From Chiloscyllium plagiosum (lineage: Eukaryota): DNA of 64,000 nucleotides. A program made the translations under genes and the position numbers. Each line of letters begins with the position of its first letter. Positions within the stretch are counted from its first letter, which is position 1. This document shows, one piece after another, positions 24,529 to 37,138 of this stretch. The stretch covers positions 44,804,861 through 44,868,860 of the forward strand of contig NC_057719.1 of NCBI RefSeq assembly GCF_004010195.1, in the 5' to 3' direction. The notes under the pieces were generated by a model, which was given only the letters and a program-made list of their open reading frames with translations, ran no database searches and was not told the origin of the DNA.

Positions 24529-26379
24529 CGTAGAGTGAGAAACGGTTAATGGTTCAATTCCAATATGATTCTTCTTCATAACCCAGATTCTGTAGAAGTT
24601 CGATTTGTTTTGACATATCTCTGTTCAGATATTCTGGCATTTAATGACCTAAGGACCTAAAACCCTAAAATAATGTGGCATTACTTTTAGTTATCACTGA
24701 TGACATGTATCACCTAGTACATATCAGATTTTTTTTAAAGCCTCAACATGTAGGCCTGCTTTTTATGATGGCAATGATTGTGTAAAATTCACCCTCATTA
24801 ATTCATTGAAACTGACAGCAACTTCAGGAGTTGACTCAGAATAGTGCAGAATAGGAAGATAATCAAGTTGTTACTGTCAGTGCTTTACCAACGGGCGTGC
24901 TGTTGAGGCACCCACCAAATACAATCAAAGAATTGATGAAAACCTCTACTATTCTGCCATCAGTCTCTGTAAAAGCCCTCGAAACCTTGTAACATATTGA
25001 CTGAAGTGTGTGAGAGTTTTTGAACAGCATGCCAATTTCATATTTACTCCTAAACATATTCATTGGACTTGCAATGCAAATTTTATGTTTGTGGCAAGTC
25101 AAATTTCTCCAATGTAATAAACTTCATGTTTTCATTTTGTTTGATATTTTAGTTTCTGTCATAGTCCAAATTATCACTTATTTTGCTGTCTGAAAAATAT
25201 TGTTAAATTCATGGTATGTTGTCAGAGTATTTCACTGTGGCTGCCAGCTGTGTGCAGATGCCTTTGACTTGGCACCAGGGTTGACCTGCCATTGAGAAAC
25301 TTGAAAGGCTCATCAGTGAGATTGCAAGTTTGGCAGCATATCCTGTTACTTCATCACTGAGAACAATACTTAGCCTTTTCAATAGTTCATGGAGGCCTAC
25401 CTCATTCCCTTGTTCCAGACTTGATGTTGATTGATACCCTTCAAACTATATAACCAATTAAGCAACCCTCTCTTAGGACTCTTTCTACCAGATTCTTTTG
25501 TAGACTATAGCTGATTACCTGGATTACCACCAGGCACACTGTTATACAAAACATTAGCAGGGTTTACTGCTTACTAGGTGACGCAATTATTGGATGAGAA
25601 ATGTTTAAAAAGGAAATCAAAAGAATATGAGTCAAATATTGTCCAGCAAAGAGAATGAAGAATAAATTGAAAGTCGGGGGGAGAATGGGGTCCAAGGATA
25701 CATGAGAAGGTGAGATCAAATGTAATTTTTGTTTTAATAAAATCATTTCTAAAGTAGAAGATAATTAGGAAAAGGAGAAAAGAATTTAGGAAAGCAAAGC
25801 AAATAATAGGAAAAGAAAAAATAGTTTTCTGTTTTACAGGAGGATATTCAGAGAGATGAGATACTTAAGTGAAGAATTATAAGAGAAACTAAGACTACAT
25901 TGGTCCATTTTCATTGAGGATGTGTTAATGAAATTGTAGAAACATCAGAAGAATTAAAAGATAAGATCACAGGTAATGTAATTGTTTGTATGCAGGCATC
26001 CTGAGGAAACGAAGAAAGCTATAATGTAGGTTCTGACTATAATTCTGGCAGTTTTTTTCAGAAAGTTTGGAGAGTAACAAATATAATTGGTCGCTTCAAA
26101 AACCAAAGTCACTAAATAAACTGGAAAATTATTTGCCAGTTTTCATTTTTTTTTGTTGGTCAACCACTAGAACCTAAAATAAAGATACTAAATACCTGGA
26201 GAAATAAGCATTTTTCAAGTTTACCTAGTTCAGATCACAAAGCAGTTTGTGATTGACTAACAGTTTATAGTTACTTGAAGAAACAGGAATAATGCTAAAG
26301 GAAATGCACTGTGTCATTTACTAACAAGCATGTTTTTTAAATTTCAAAATATACTTCATAAAATCTTTATATTTTAGAA

Positions 26380-27088
26380 TTTGTCATTTACATAAATGAT
26401 TTGGATGAGAGCATAAGAGGTACAGTTAGTAAGTTTGCAAATGACACCAAAATTGGAGGTGTAGTACACAGCAAAGAGTGTAACCTCAGATTACAACAGG
26501 ATCTGAACCAGATGGACCAATGGGCTGAGAAGTGGCAGATGGAGTTTAATTCGACGTGCTGCATTTTGGGAAAGCAAATCTTAGCAGGACTTATACACTT
26601 AATGGTAAGGTCCTAGGGAGTGTTGCTGACCAAAGAGACCTTGGAGTGCAGGTTCATAGCTCCTTGAAAGTGGAATCGCAGGTAGATAAGGTAGTGATGA
26701 AGGCGTTTGGTATGCTTTCCTTTATTGGTCGGAGTATTGAGTACAGGAGTTGGGAGAATAGGCAAAGTCTTTTCCCTAGAGTGGGGAATTCCAGAACTAG
26801 AGGCCAGAAGTTTAGGATGGGAGGGGAAATATATAAAAGAGACCTAATGGGCAACTTTTTAACACAGAGGGTGATATGGGCATGGAATGAGCTGCTAGCG
26901 GAAGTGGTGGAGGCTAGTATAATTGAAACATTTAAGAGGCATTTGGTGGGTACATGAATAGGAAGGGTTTGGAGGGATATGGGCCTGGTGCTTGCAGGTG
27001 AGACTAGATTGGGTTGGGGTATCTGCTCGGCGTGGACAGGTTGGACCGAAAGGGTCTGTTTCCATGCTGTACATCTCTATGACTCTAT
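26380..27088 (+). mobile_element. 5'-truncated CR1 (same family as 19679-24014) with a ~250-bp internal deletion near 26756
   Basis: INDLD..SKFANDTKIGG..WAEKWQMEFN. The sequence jumps from YRSWE to NRQSLFP relative to the long copy. Tail TCTCTATGACTCTAT. Confidence 0.9.
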
Positions 27089-28649
27089 ACACATGTACAT
27101 ACACAGTCACAAATGCAGTTCGGTTCTGTACAGAAGCTTGTGATTTAGGAGCAGGAGTGGGCCGTTTGGTTTCTGATATGTGCGCTACAATTCAATAAGA
27201 TCATGGCAAGTCTGATTACTCCACTTTTCTGATGTTGTTATTGAATAGTTCCAGACTACACAGGTGAAATATCTTTAAGACACCACAGCCTGTGATGTCC
27301 CTGTATAAACGTACCTGCCTTACCTTCAGCTATGCTCTCTGTACAATGGAATCATTCAGTCTTATGCATGAAATGTACAGTAACATCAGAAAGCACAGCC
27401 CTCAGTTTGTAAAATCTTTGATTATCATCATGTAAATTGTATTAACAAGCTTCAAGACAACTGTCTCAACAAGAACACTGTCTTTGTGGTATATATTACG
27501 TGAACTAATAAGTAGGATGACACTCGCATCTTTTACTGGCAGTGGTGTTTGACCCAAGAAACAACATCATCTGTGTACCTCCAACAACCATCACTCCCTT
27601 ACTATTCAAGAGTCTATCTACCTCTGCCTTAGATATTTTAAAGCCTCTGCTACCAGTGCCTTTTGATGAAGAAAGTTCCAAAGACTGACCACAGAAAATC
27701 CTCTCTTCTGGGATGCCTCCTCACCTAAAAATAAGAAACTTTATGCTGTCAAAGTCAGGAAGGACAGAAGATGGCAACTGACATAAATAGATTGGTATCA
27801 TGGTCATTGGGATGGATGTAAGACAAAAATCAAAGCACAGTGGTTGAAGGAAGTTTTCTACAATTGCAAAATATTGTTTGTGGTCTAACAGAGAAGCCAT
27901 GTTGTAAATTATGCTCTTTTACTAATTAAAATATTTTAAATCCTGCTTCTGTAAGTGCTTTTATGTCTGGATTATTTGACTTTCTATTGTTTATTTTTGT
28001 TTCAGTTTTGTCATTTTTTTTTTCCTATTATATGTTCCTAAATTCACAGTTGAGAATGTCAATCTGTTGCCTTGCTCAACTTGGGAGACTGATCTATGAG
28101 AGGGCCTGTTAGATTGGTAGTACAATTCTTCTAATTTGTTCCATGCTCCACAGCAGCATTGCAGCATCAGAACCCGTGACCCTCAAATTTCAGCTCATGG
28201 CCCAATTTGGAGTCTCAACTACCTGCCGCGCATTCCCCACCCCACCCACCCATCCCTGCTCAACTTTGGGCAGCCCTGGTTAGATGAATATGTAGGTGGG
28301 CCTCTGAGGTAAACTCTGATGTCCCTTTGACCTCACTAGTCATGTTGTATATTTGTTTAAAGGTTGGAACCTGTACCATACAGAGCATACTGTTCGTTCT
28401 CAGCCCATTAATAAATATTGTTTAAAAGTAACATGGGAATCTAGTCAGAGCTTTTGTAAAGAGCCCATGCTAAAACAGCGTAAGTCTCTATCTCTGAGTT
28501 GTGTTCTAACTATATGCCCTCTTTCTGCTGGGAATCAGCACAGTACCAGTTACTGCTATACTGAAAGAAAAATTTAATGAAATGGAAGAACAGAATAGCT
28601 TTGATAAATAGATACACAAGTCACTAGTGATGGTACTGGAAATAGATTT

Positions 28650-29120
28650 AGCTGTCTAAAAGAAAATTTGATTTTGGCTCTCTATCTTGAACACATGCAC
28701 TGGAATTATAAGAATGAATATTGGACTTGTACAGGACCTTTTTGAGTTATACGAAGGTCACAAATACTGTGTATGACATGGTTAGTTCATTACAATATGA
28801 TAATGGAAAAAGAAAATGGAAGGAATAGAAAGTACATTTGTTTTGATGACACCAGTTATGTTCTGTGGCTTGAGAAATTAGGGCGTTTTTTCCATAGGAC
28901 CTGAGAAAGCTTAAGGGGTGACCCAATAAGACATTTTCAAGATAATGAAAATCTACGATAAAGTGAATGATAAGAACACTTCCTCTGTTTATAAGACAAT
29001 AATGAGAAGGCACAACTTTGGAATAATTATACAAATTAACTGAATGCTCTGCCACAAACTATCGTTTCAATAATAAATTTATTTCAAAAGGGAATTGGGT
29101 AATTGCTTAAAGAAGGATCA
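28650..29120 (+). mobile_element. Very old CR1 3' fragment
   Basis: Residual RSQILCM.W / LKG(D)PI..FKIMK / RRHNF motifs. Confidence 0.4.
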
Positions 29121-31539
29121 AATGAGCCTGGAAACTCCAAATGAAAAACCATATGGTGCAGGATATAATAATGAAGCAAATCCTATTGGCTGGTTTGTGT
29201 TTGAGGTATTGGCCTTAAGATGACCTTAGTCTGATGTATCTCATTATCAATGTCATTTACTGGGGACACTTCTGAGGCCAATAGCAGTGAAACTATTACT
29301 TATTTTCCTGATGTTTTTTATTAAAATTGTAATTTGATCAGGGAAGATTTTTATATGTGCCTGTATAAGGGGAAGCAGAATTCAGTTCACAAGTAAAAGA
29401 AATGAGGAATGGAAAAATAAATTGTAATTCCTCTCTTGTTGGGCAATACTGCTCTGATTAGTCTAGGAATCTTAAACTGGCCGAGAAATTTGTGTTTATA
29501 ACTTGATGCAACTTACCATTCTTGAGAATCTCTAAGCTACAATTAATATTTGCCATGTTATACTTGAGAACTGTTCGTGATGCTACCAATTGAATGCAAA
29601 GAGAATAAATGATGGTATTTCTCAACTCCATCATACATTGCATGAATGTGCACACCATTCAGCCACAAAGGGGAAAGAAAATCTCCCATTCAAGGTCAAA
29701 GTTCATATCATTGTTGTTGAGCCATATCTGTAGGAAGATCTACAGTCTCTTTGCTGAGTTGAAGTTCTTTATTTTTAAATCAGTAGTTATAGAAAGTCAT
29801 TTCTGCCTAACATGGGGCATATTAGTGAGATTATTGCAGTAGTACACAGATTGCTTTTGCAAATTTACAATCAATGGGATTAGTACAACCAAAGTCGTAC
29901 TTCATGATTGACCATTTCCAGCTTTCTGGCAGCAATATCATAGCTTTGTCCATGCTATAGTAGAGATAAGTTCTCAGGCAGGTAGCAAAAAGAGACCCTA
30001 AATTATTTCAGATGCAGCACAGGTCAAACTCAAATGATTCTGTGCCTTGGCACCTGCCAGCAATTTAATGTGCAATGCTGTTTTCAGCTTTAACTGAGCA
30101 AGGCCACTTTAACAATCTCTGTTAAAGTTTTCAGCTCATTTATTATCATTCTCTGAGGTTAAAACATGCTCAAGAAAATTATGTACTGAGCTGTTATAAA
30201 TGCAGCAATCAGCTCGACATCACTAGGTTTCATCTAATTTGTACACAGCTGTTCAAAAATGCTTTCTTGTCTACTTTTCCTTTCTTTCATGCAGTAATAA
30301 TAGCTTCCACATGACCGAACGTCTCATCTGCAAAGTCCAAATATGTCAGTTTGAAGCTTAGGGTGGGAAGAATTTGGTGCTTAGTTTGGTAACAGTCTAT
30401 TTAAACAGTGTAGTGGTGGGAGGGGAGGTGGGGCAGGCTTATTTGAGATTAGTTTGAAGGACAGATTGAGATGAAAGGGTGGTTCCCATGTGACTTGCTT
30501 TTTTTTGTCATCGCTGTTCTTGTCATCAGGCACATGCTGTTAATTGATCAAAGAGTCCTTTGTGAATTCTGTTCTGAGATCTTTGACATGATCAGTGTGT
30601 ATGAAATAACGTGAACAGTTAGATTGTAAATGGGGTCCTCTGCTTTTGAGGAGTTGCTCTGTATTACCTAGCTAACTCGCATGGCTGGTATGTTTGAGTG
30701 CTACCAATACTTGAATCTCTGACAGTAAGCACATTTCCTCTGGCCACAAAGCAGCGAATTTCATGGAACAACACAAAATGTGGCATTGTTTTCTCCTAAT
30801 AGCTGGTTCTGTGAAAATTAAACTACTATATGGATGCACCTTTTCAAGATTTACAGCAAAGGTGTCTGAAATTGTTTTTACTTTAAATTGTTTCTTCAAG
30901 TACTATATGCCCCGAATGATCTTTACTAGGGAAAATTATTGAGATGTTAGTTATTAATTGTCTCACACTGAAAAGGATTCACTTCACACTTTGTCAATAG
31001 CATTGAGTTCCACTTATTTTCTATTTTTAAGCTGTGGCTTTGTTCCTCCAAATCTATTTTTTTGCAGTAATTTCATTAAGTCATTGGGTGGGTTTACCAA
31101 TGTCAGTTTGCATTAGGTCAGTCTTAATTAGGTGTTTTCTTTAGTTACTTCTTACAGAAATACTTACCATAATTAAATGTTCTGATTAGATAAACACTCT
31201 ACTCAAAATAATTTTTCCATAATTAGACATTTTTTTAGCTGCAAGACTTACCTTTATTAAATAATTACTTTTATAGGAATCAATGGGTAGATTTTGATTT
31301 TATATTGTGAGATCATGTAAAATGGGTAAGAGCAAATTGTCAGCTTTCCCCTTACGATTTTTATTTCCTTTTGACTCCAAAAATCTACTCCAAAATGCCT
31401 TTCTGAAGTGAAATATAATATTGCGAATATCAATAAGAATGCATTGACATCAATAATCCGTATTTGCCGTGTTGAGGTAGGAACTTGTGGGATTATTGGA
31501 GGTCTGTAATTCATGACCAGATCTATTTCTGTTCTTTTA

Positions 31540-31640
31540 AATCAAAGTAGGAAATACTGAAAGTATTTAGTGGTTCAGACAGGATCCATGGAGAGAAGCA
31601 GTGTTAATGTTTCAAGTCATTGACCTTTCGTCAAGAATGT
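31540..31640 (-). mobile_element. Penelope-like terminal-repeat fragment (family C) with a decayed hammerhead core
   Basis: The minus strand of 31603-31638 reads ATTC-TTGACGA-A-AGGTC-AAT-GACTT-GAAAC-ATT-AAC. Related fragments lie at 24125-24210, 52570-52630, 56070-56170 and 57017-57203. Confidence 0.6.
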
Positions 31641-34240
31641 TCTTGTCACTCATCATCTATGCGTGTCTAAATATGCCATCTTTCTTGTAACTGCAACCAG
31701 GCCAATGCAAAAGTTTCTTTTGGACACAAGCAGCAAGATTGAAGTGGGAATTCTGATGTTTGTGTGGCTAAAGATTTCCATAAATTTCACCCAGGCTTGG
31801 GACCTGGAGAGACACTTAATTTTGCTGCACTGGTAACAAAACACAGGAGATACCAGTTTTAAGCGATAAACCCAATTCGATTGGTGTAGAGAATGGGTAC
31901 AATACACAGTCTTCATTAGTGACAGGGACCATTATGTCCCACTGGCCAGTCACCTCAATCTCCTCATAAGGTGCTGACCTACCACTGTCCATCTGTTTCA
32001 ATGGCTGCTTTACCGAAGAGTCTCTTCTCAACAAATGGATGGAATCCATTGCACTGGGCAATAAACAGAAAAGAAAAGGCTGCTGACACTTTGGCGAGCT
32101 GGGATGTCATGATCATGTGCAGGGTATTGACAGATGGCATGCTGGTTGATAACATGAAAATGACAGGCATGACTGACATGGAACTTGATAAAATGAAGAT
32201 TGACATAGCTTCTGTACAAGAAATCAGACGCACCGAGGGCACATCATTAGAGAATACTGTTACATGTTTATCTGACAGGAAGAGTTCTGAAAAAAATTTT
32301 GAGCAAAGTATAAGGAACTTCTGTTCTCAATGTTTGAATGACTGAGAATAGAATGTGTTCTCTCCATCCAACTCTCAACTCCAGTTGAGTTAACCTCATG
32401 AGTAATTATGCTCCAATGCTGTGCTCTGCTACAAAGCCAAAAGACCAATTCTGTGAGGAATTTAATACTGCAATCAGCCAAATCCCTGATTCGGTACATC
32501 TTTACTGATTTGAGGGATTGTAATAAAGATGTCCCTCCTGTTCTGGGTATCAAGGCCTGGGAAAAGTAAATGAGAATGATCGGAGATAATTTGAGCTTTG
32601 GTGCTGACAGAATTTTGGGTAGCTAACATTTTCTGTCAGAACAAACAGTCCAATTGGTATGTTTATTTTTCCCCAGTCTCTAGTAGGATGCTGGTTGTAT
32701 CAGTGATCAGGAGATTATCAGCTTGTTTAGACACACTACAACAGAAGGGATTTGAAGTGTCCTGGAGATATCCAAGATCAAGGCATTGATACAAGATGAA
32801 TCTGTGTATAGTCTTACAGTGCTCTCTGAACAAGGTTTGCACCATTGATATCACTCCCTAGTGTACACCAGGGTTAGGATGCAATCCTTGAAATGTTATT
32901 ACTCAGGGCACAAATGCCATCTATGTTTCAACATCAACCCATTGTCTCCCCAGATAAAAACCAATAGTTCCTCATTTTGATTGAACAGGTGCACTCCAGT
33001 ATTCCCACAAAGAGTACTGAAGCTACATTGAAGATACAGGAGTGCACTCTCAAACATGGGAAGCACGAGTGGAACAATGATTGATTTGTGGCTAATACCA
33101 CTATGAGGGAAACTGTCATTCGAGGCCAAGTGATTTGCTCTCCTTAATCAAAATAGAATGGAACTGAACGCTTGAAGTAAAGTCCATTGAGAGTTCACAC
33201 AAAATCTACTGCTTACAATGGTACCAGACTATCTGGATGTCATTTGATGTGGAGAATGCATGAAAAGATCAAAATTAAATTTGGTCCATCAACAGTTCTA
33301 TAGAGAATAAAGGTAGTGAAAGTCGTCATTGATTACAACAATCTGTTGGAGAGATGGCTGGAATGTTACCTTGAGTTGTACTTGAGGGAAACCAGAAGAT
33401 AAAGCTATGGACAGCATAGAAAGTCTGCTTGTCATGCCAAGCCAGCTATTAAACTGCAGTGGGGTAGTTTAACAAAATTATTGAATCACTTGCCATGAGC
33501 AAAGCTCCAGCAGGTGGTGATGTACCATCTAAACTCGAGGCATAAGAAACTTGCACTCCAGTAGCATCTGCACCAATGTCCATCTCCATGGGAGGGAAGG
33601 GATCAGTGAGCCAGGATGCGGGTAATGCAAAGATTGTGAACCCATCCAAGAACTAGGACAACTGCAGTGATTGCAGCAACTATCTTCCTGCTGAGCACTG
33701 TGGGAAAGATAGTGCTCTGTGTCAGTGTTTGTCAAATTGCAGATCTGTTGGGAATCCATGTGGCTTGAGAACTGGAAGATCCTCAATATTCATGATCTTC
33801 TCTGGCCATCAACTGTAAGAGAAAAACTATGAACAAAGGAGATAACTGTTGCCTTCATTGATCTCACCAAGGCATTGAAAAATGTGAACAGAGATGGTCT
33901 ATTTGAACTGCTTGAGAAAATTGACTGCCTGCTGAGGCTGCTCAATGTCACCCCCCCCCCCCTTTCCATGATACCATGAGCATAAGATCAGCTATGAAAG
34001 AGCAAATTGAAACCCTTTGAGAACTGCAGTGAGGTCAGGGTTGTGTCCTGGCACTTGGACTCTTTGCTGCTGCCAAAAACCTCCAGGCCATCTGCAGGGG
34101 TGTCCACTTTCTTGCCAAAGCTGATGGAAAACTGTTCAGCCTTGCTGTCCAGAGTGGGGCTGCAAACTGACAATGCCATACTAACATTCTGTACTGAGGG
34201 AACACTTTCAGCAGGAAATGGACACACTCTCTCAGATAAA

Positions 34241-34524
34241 GAGTCCAGAACTAGAGGGTGTAGGTTTAGGGTGAGAGGGGAAAGATATAAAAGAGACCTA
34301 AGGGGCAACCTTTTCATGCAGAGGGTGTTACGTGTATGGAATGAGCTGCCAGAGGAAGTAGTGGAGGCTGATACAATTGCAAAATTTAAAAGACATCTGG
34401 GTGGGTTTGGAGGAATATGGGCCAGGTGCTGGCAGGTGGGACTAGATTGGGTCGGGATATCTGATCGGCATGGACGGGTTGGACCGTAGGGTCTGTTTCC
34501 ATGCTGTACATCTCTATGACTCTA
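34241..34524 (+). mobile_element. Short CR1 3' end
   Basis: ESRTRG..RVRGERYKRDLRGNLF.QRV.RVWNELPEEVVEA and tail TCTCTATGACTCTA; near-identical to 23718-24014. Confidence 0.9.
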
Positions 34525-34835
34525 ATTGTGGGGAGTTTGATTATTAACAATTGTCAGGAGACAAATGTCTTAGTCCAATGTCATATCACCATCTATTTGT
34601 ATTGACAATATGATCCTGAAGGTGGTTATTAGTTTCTTCTATCTAGGTTCCGTACTCAACAATAATCTGTCACTTTGATTCTGAATTAAACAAATGCACT
34701 GCAAAATGTGATGTCGTGTCTAAGCTGTATAGGAGAATATTGAACAAGGGCAACTTGATTGAGAACACTAAGCTGCAAGTCCATGAAGTGTACTGATGGT
34801 GCAAGCTTCTAGAGGGGTAAGATTGAGACGGTATT

Positions 34836-35171
34836 TCACAGAATCACTACAGTGCAGAAAGAGACCATTCAGCCCATCACGTCTGCACAAATCCTTTGAA
34901 AAGAATCCCACCCAGACCCAGCCATCCCTGTAATCTCGCATTTCCCATTATTAATCCACCGAGCCTGTATATTCCTCAGCACTATGGACAATTTAGCATG
35001 TCCACTTCACCTAACCTGCATGTCTTTGGTCTGTGGGAAGAGACCAGAGTACATGGAGGAAACCGACACAGACATGGGGAGAATGTGCAAAATTCACCTA
35101 AATTTGGATTCAGACCCAGGTTCCTGGTTCTGTGAGGCAGCAGTGCTGACCAGTGAGCCACCGTGTCACCC
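34836..35171 (-). mobile_element. HE1-type V-SINE (antisense)
   Basis: Reverse complement of the SINE at 407-746. Confidence 0.85.
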
Positions 35172-35394
35172 TTGCCTGTTAGGAAGGAGTGAAGACTGAA
35201 TAGTTTACACTTTATCCGTTTCAGGAATAGACTTGGAATCATTTGGCAGAAAAAAAACACGGGTTGCAAGGATATGGGGGTGCTAATTCCATCAGCATAC
35301 TCGTTGATAAGATAACAATAGGGCCTGCAGCCACTCCAGAATATTCATTGGATGGGTGACAGCAATATAGTCAAAGATGGTTAACTGACACTGG

Positions 35395-35975
35395 GTGATA
35401 TGTTTCCAAATCAGAATGATCTGTGGCTTGGAGAACAACTTACAGGTGCTGGCATTTCTATGTACCTGCTCGCCTTCTCGCTGGGAGTGGACATGGATTT
35501 GGAAGGAGCCTTGGTGAACTTCTGCAGTGCGTCTTGTAGATGGTACAGACTGTTGCTACTGAGCATTGGTTGGAGGGAGTGGATGTGATACCAAAGAAGC
35601 AGGCTGCTTTGTCCTGGATGGTGTCAAGCTTTGAGTGTTGTTGGAGCTGGACTCATCCAGGCAAGTGGGTACTATTCCATCACAGCTGACTTGTGGAAAG
35701 GCTTTGGGGTGTCAGGAAGTGTGTTACTCACCATAGGATTCGTAGCCTCAAACATATGAAGCATAGTATTTATGCGGCTAGTCCAGCTGAGTTTCTAGTC
35801 AATGGTAACACCTCAGGTGTTGTTTTAATGGGGAGTTTAGAAATGGTAATGCCATTGACTGTCAAGGGGCAATGGCTCTATTCTCTCTTGTTGGAGATGG
35901 TCATTGTCTGGCACTTTCATGGCATGAAAGTAACTTGCTGCTTGTCACCCCAAATCTGGATATTGTCCAGATCTA
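35395..35975 (-). mobile_element. Non-LTR retrotransposon 3' fragment (same family as 2245-2490 and 51455-52195)
   Basis: CTGCAGTGCGTCTTGTAGATGGTACA..TGCTACTGAGCATTGG..AGGGAGTG..GGCTGCTTTGTC is the reverse complement of 51460-51570. Confidence 0.7.
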
Positions 35976-36375
35976 GTTACATAACATTATAATGCAAAGC
36001 ATCCTCTTGCAAGGTGGAAGACAGCTCCCTTCTTCCATTGACTCCAAATTGTGGATCCAGTTGCAAAGTGTCATTTGCTATACACACGAATTGACCAAAG
36101 AACCTGTCAAATGAGTTGAAAAGCTTAAGGAATCGCTTCAGATTTGCATATACTCAAAAATAATAGCCATTTGGGTAAATTATTTGCAGACAAACTAGGT
36201 TTATTTTCTTGGGAAATAATTGAAATTCTGGTAGTGAAAGATTTAATGTGAACACTTCTTTTGTTTTGTCTTTGCATATTTCTTGCATGTTCAGAACTGT
36301 ATGTCATTCCACCAGAATGGGAGTTTACCTGTTGTTGACCCTGCTTAAAGTCTATGTTACTGGAAGGGGAGGAAA

Positions 36376-36547
36376 GGTGCTCCGGTTTCCTCCCACAGTC
36401 CAAAGATACGCAGGTCAGGTGAATTGGCCCATAGTGTTAGGTGTATTATTCAGAGGGAAATGGATCTGGGTGGGTTACTCTTTGGAGGGCAGGTGTGGAC
36501 TTGTTGGGCCGAAGGACCTATTTCCACACTGTAGGGAAACTAATCTA
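36376..36547 (+). mobile_element. 5'-truncated HE1-type SINE
   Basis: GGTGCTCCGGTTTCCTCCCACAGTCCAAAGAT...CACACTGTAGGGAAACTAATCTA. Confidence 0.85.
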
Positions 36548-36820
36548 AAAATAATGATGCTGCACCAATAGAGTTTGAGACCAAGCTGTTGGTCCTTTGC
36601 CCAGTGAACGGAAAGCAGATTGAATGAAGAACTGAGTGAGGAGCTCTGTCACTAATGACTTAGTTTCACTATGAAGGCTCTGGCTGAGCCACTTCTCCTG
36701 CTGCATGATAATTTGTTGTCTTTTTCTTTTAGCTTGCCCATCTTTTTTGAGGTTTGAATGAAGAATGTTTAAATTAAAAGTGCACTTCAACAGCAGCAAT
36801 GGGCAGCACGGTGGCATAGT

Positions 36821-37138
36821 GGTTAGCACTGCTGCCTCACAGCACCAGAGACCCGGGTTCAATTCCCATCTCGGGCGACTCTCTGTGTGGAGTTTGCACA
36901 TTCTCCCCCTGTCTGCGTGGGTTTCCTCCGGGTGCTCTGGTTTCCTCCCACAATCCAAAAATGTGCAGGTTAGGTGAATTGGCCATGCTAAATTGCCCGT
37001 AGTGTTAGGTGAAAGGGTAAATGTAGGTGAATGGGTCTGGGGTGGGTTGCGCTTCGGCGGGTCGGTGTGGACTTGTTGGGCCGAAGGGCCTGTTTCCACA
37101 CTGTAAGTAATCTAATCTAATCTAAATAATCTAATCTA
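36821..37138 (+). mobile_element. Young HE1-type V-SINE with (TAATC)n tail
   Basis: Intact A-box-like TGGCATAGTGG and B-box-like GGTTCAATTCC; many CpGs retained. Confidence 0.92.

Larger units (their letters stand above)
31850..35390 (+). mobile_element. Decayed near-full-length RTE-clade (BovB-like) LINE, interrupted by a CR1 tail and a SINE
   Basis: LASWDV..M and DMELDKMKIDIASVQEIR (endonuclease); AFIDLTKAL..VNRDGLFELLEKIDC (RT); FYLGSVLNNNLSL.DSELNK. These are RTE-type rather than CR1-type motifs. Confidence 0.75.

Noticed and set aside
36821..36895. tRNA gene (A and B boxes present)
   Set aside because: It is the tRNA-derived head of an HE1 SINE, continuing into the V-domain and LINE tail. 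The same holds for the other SINE heads.
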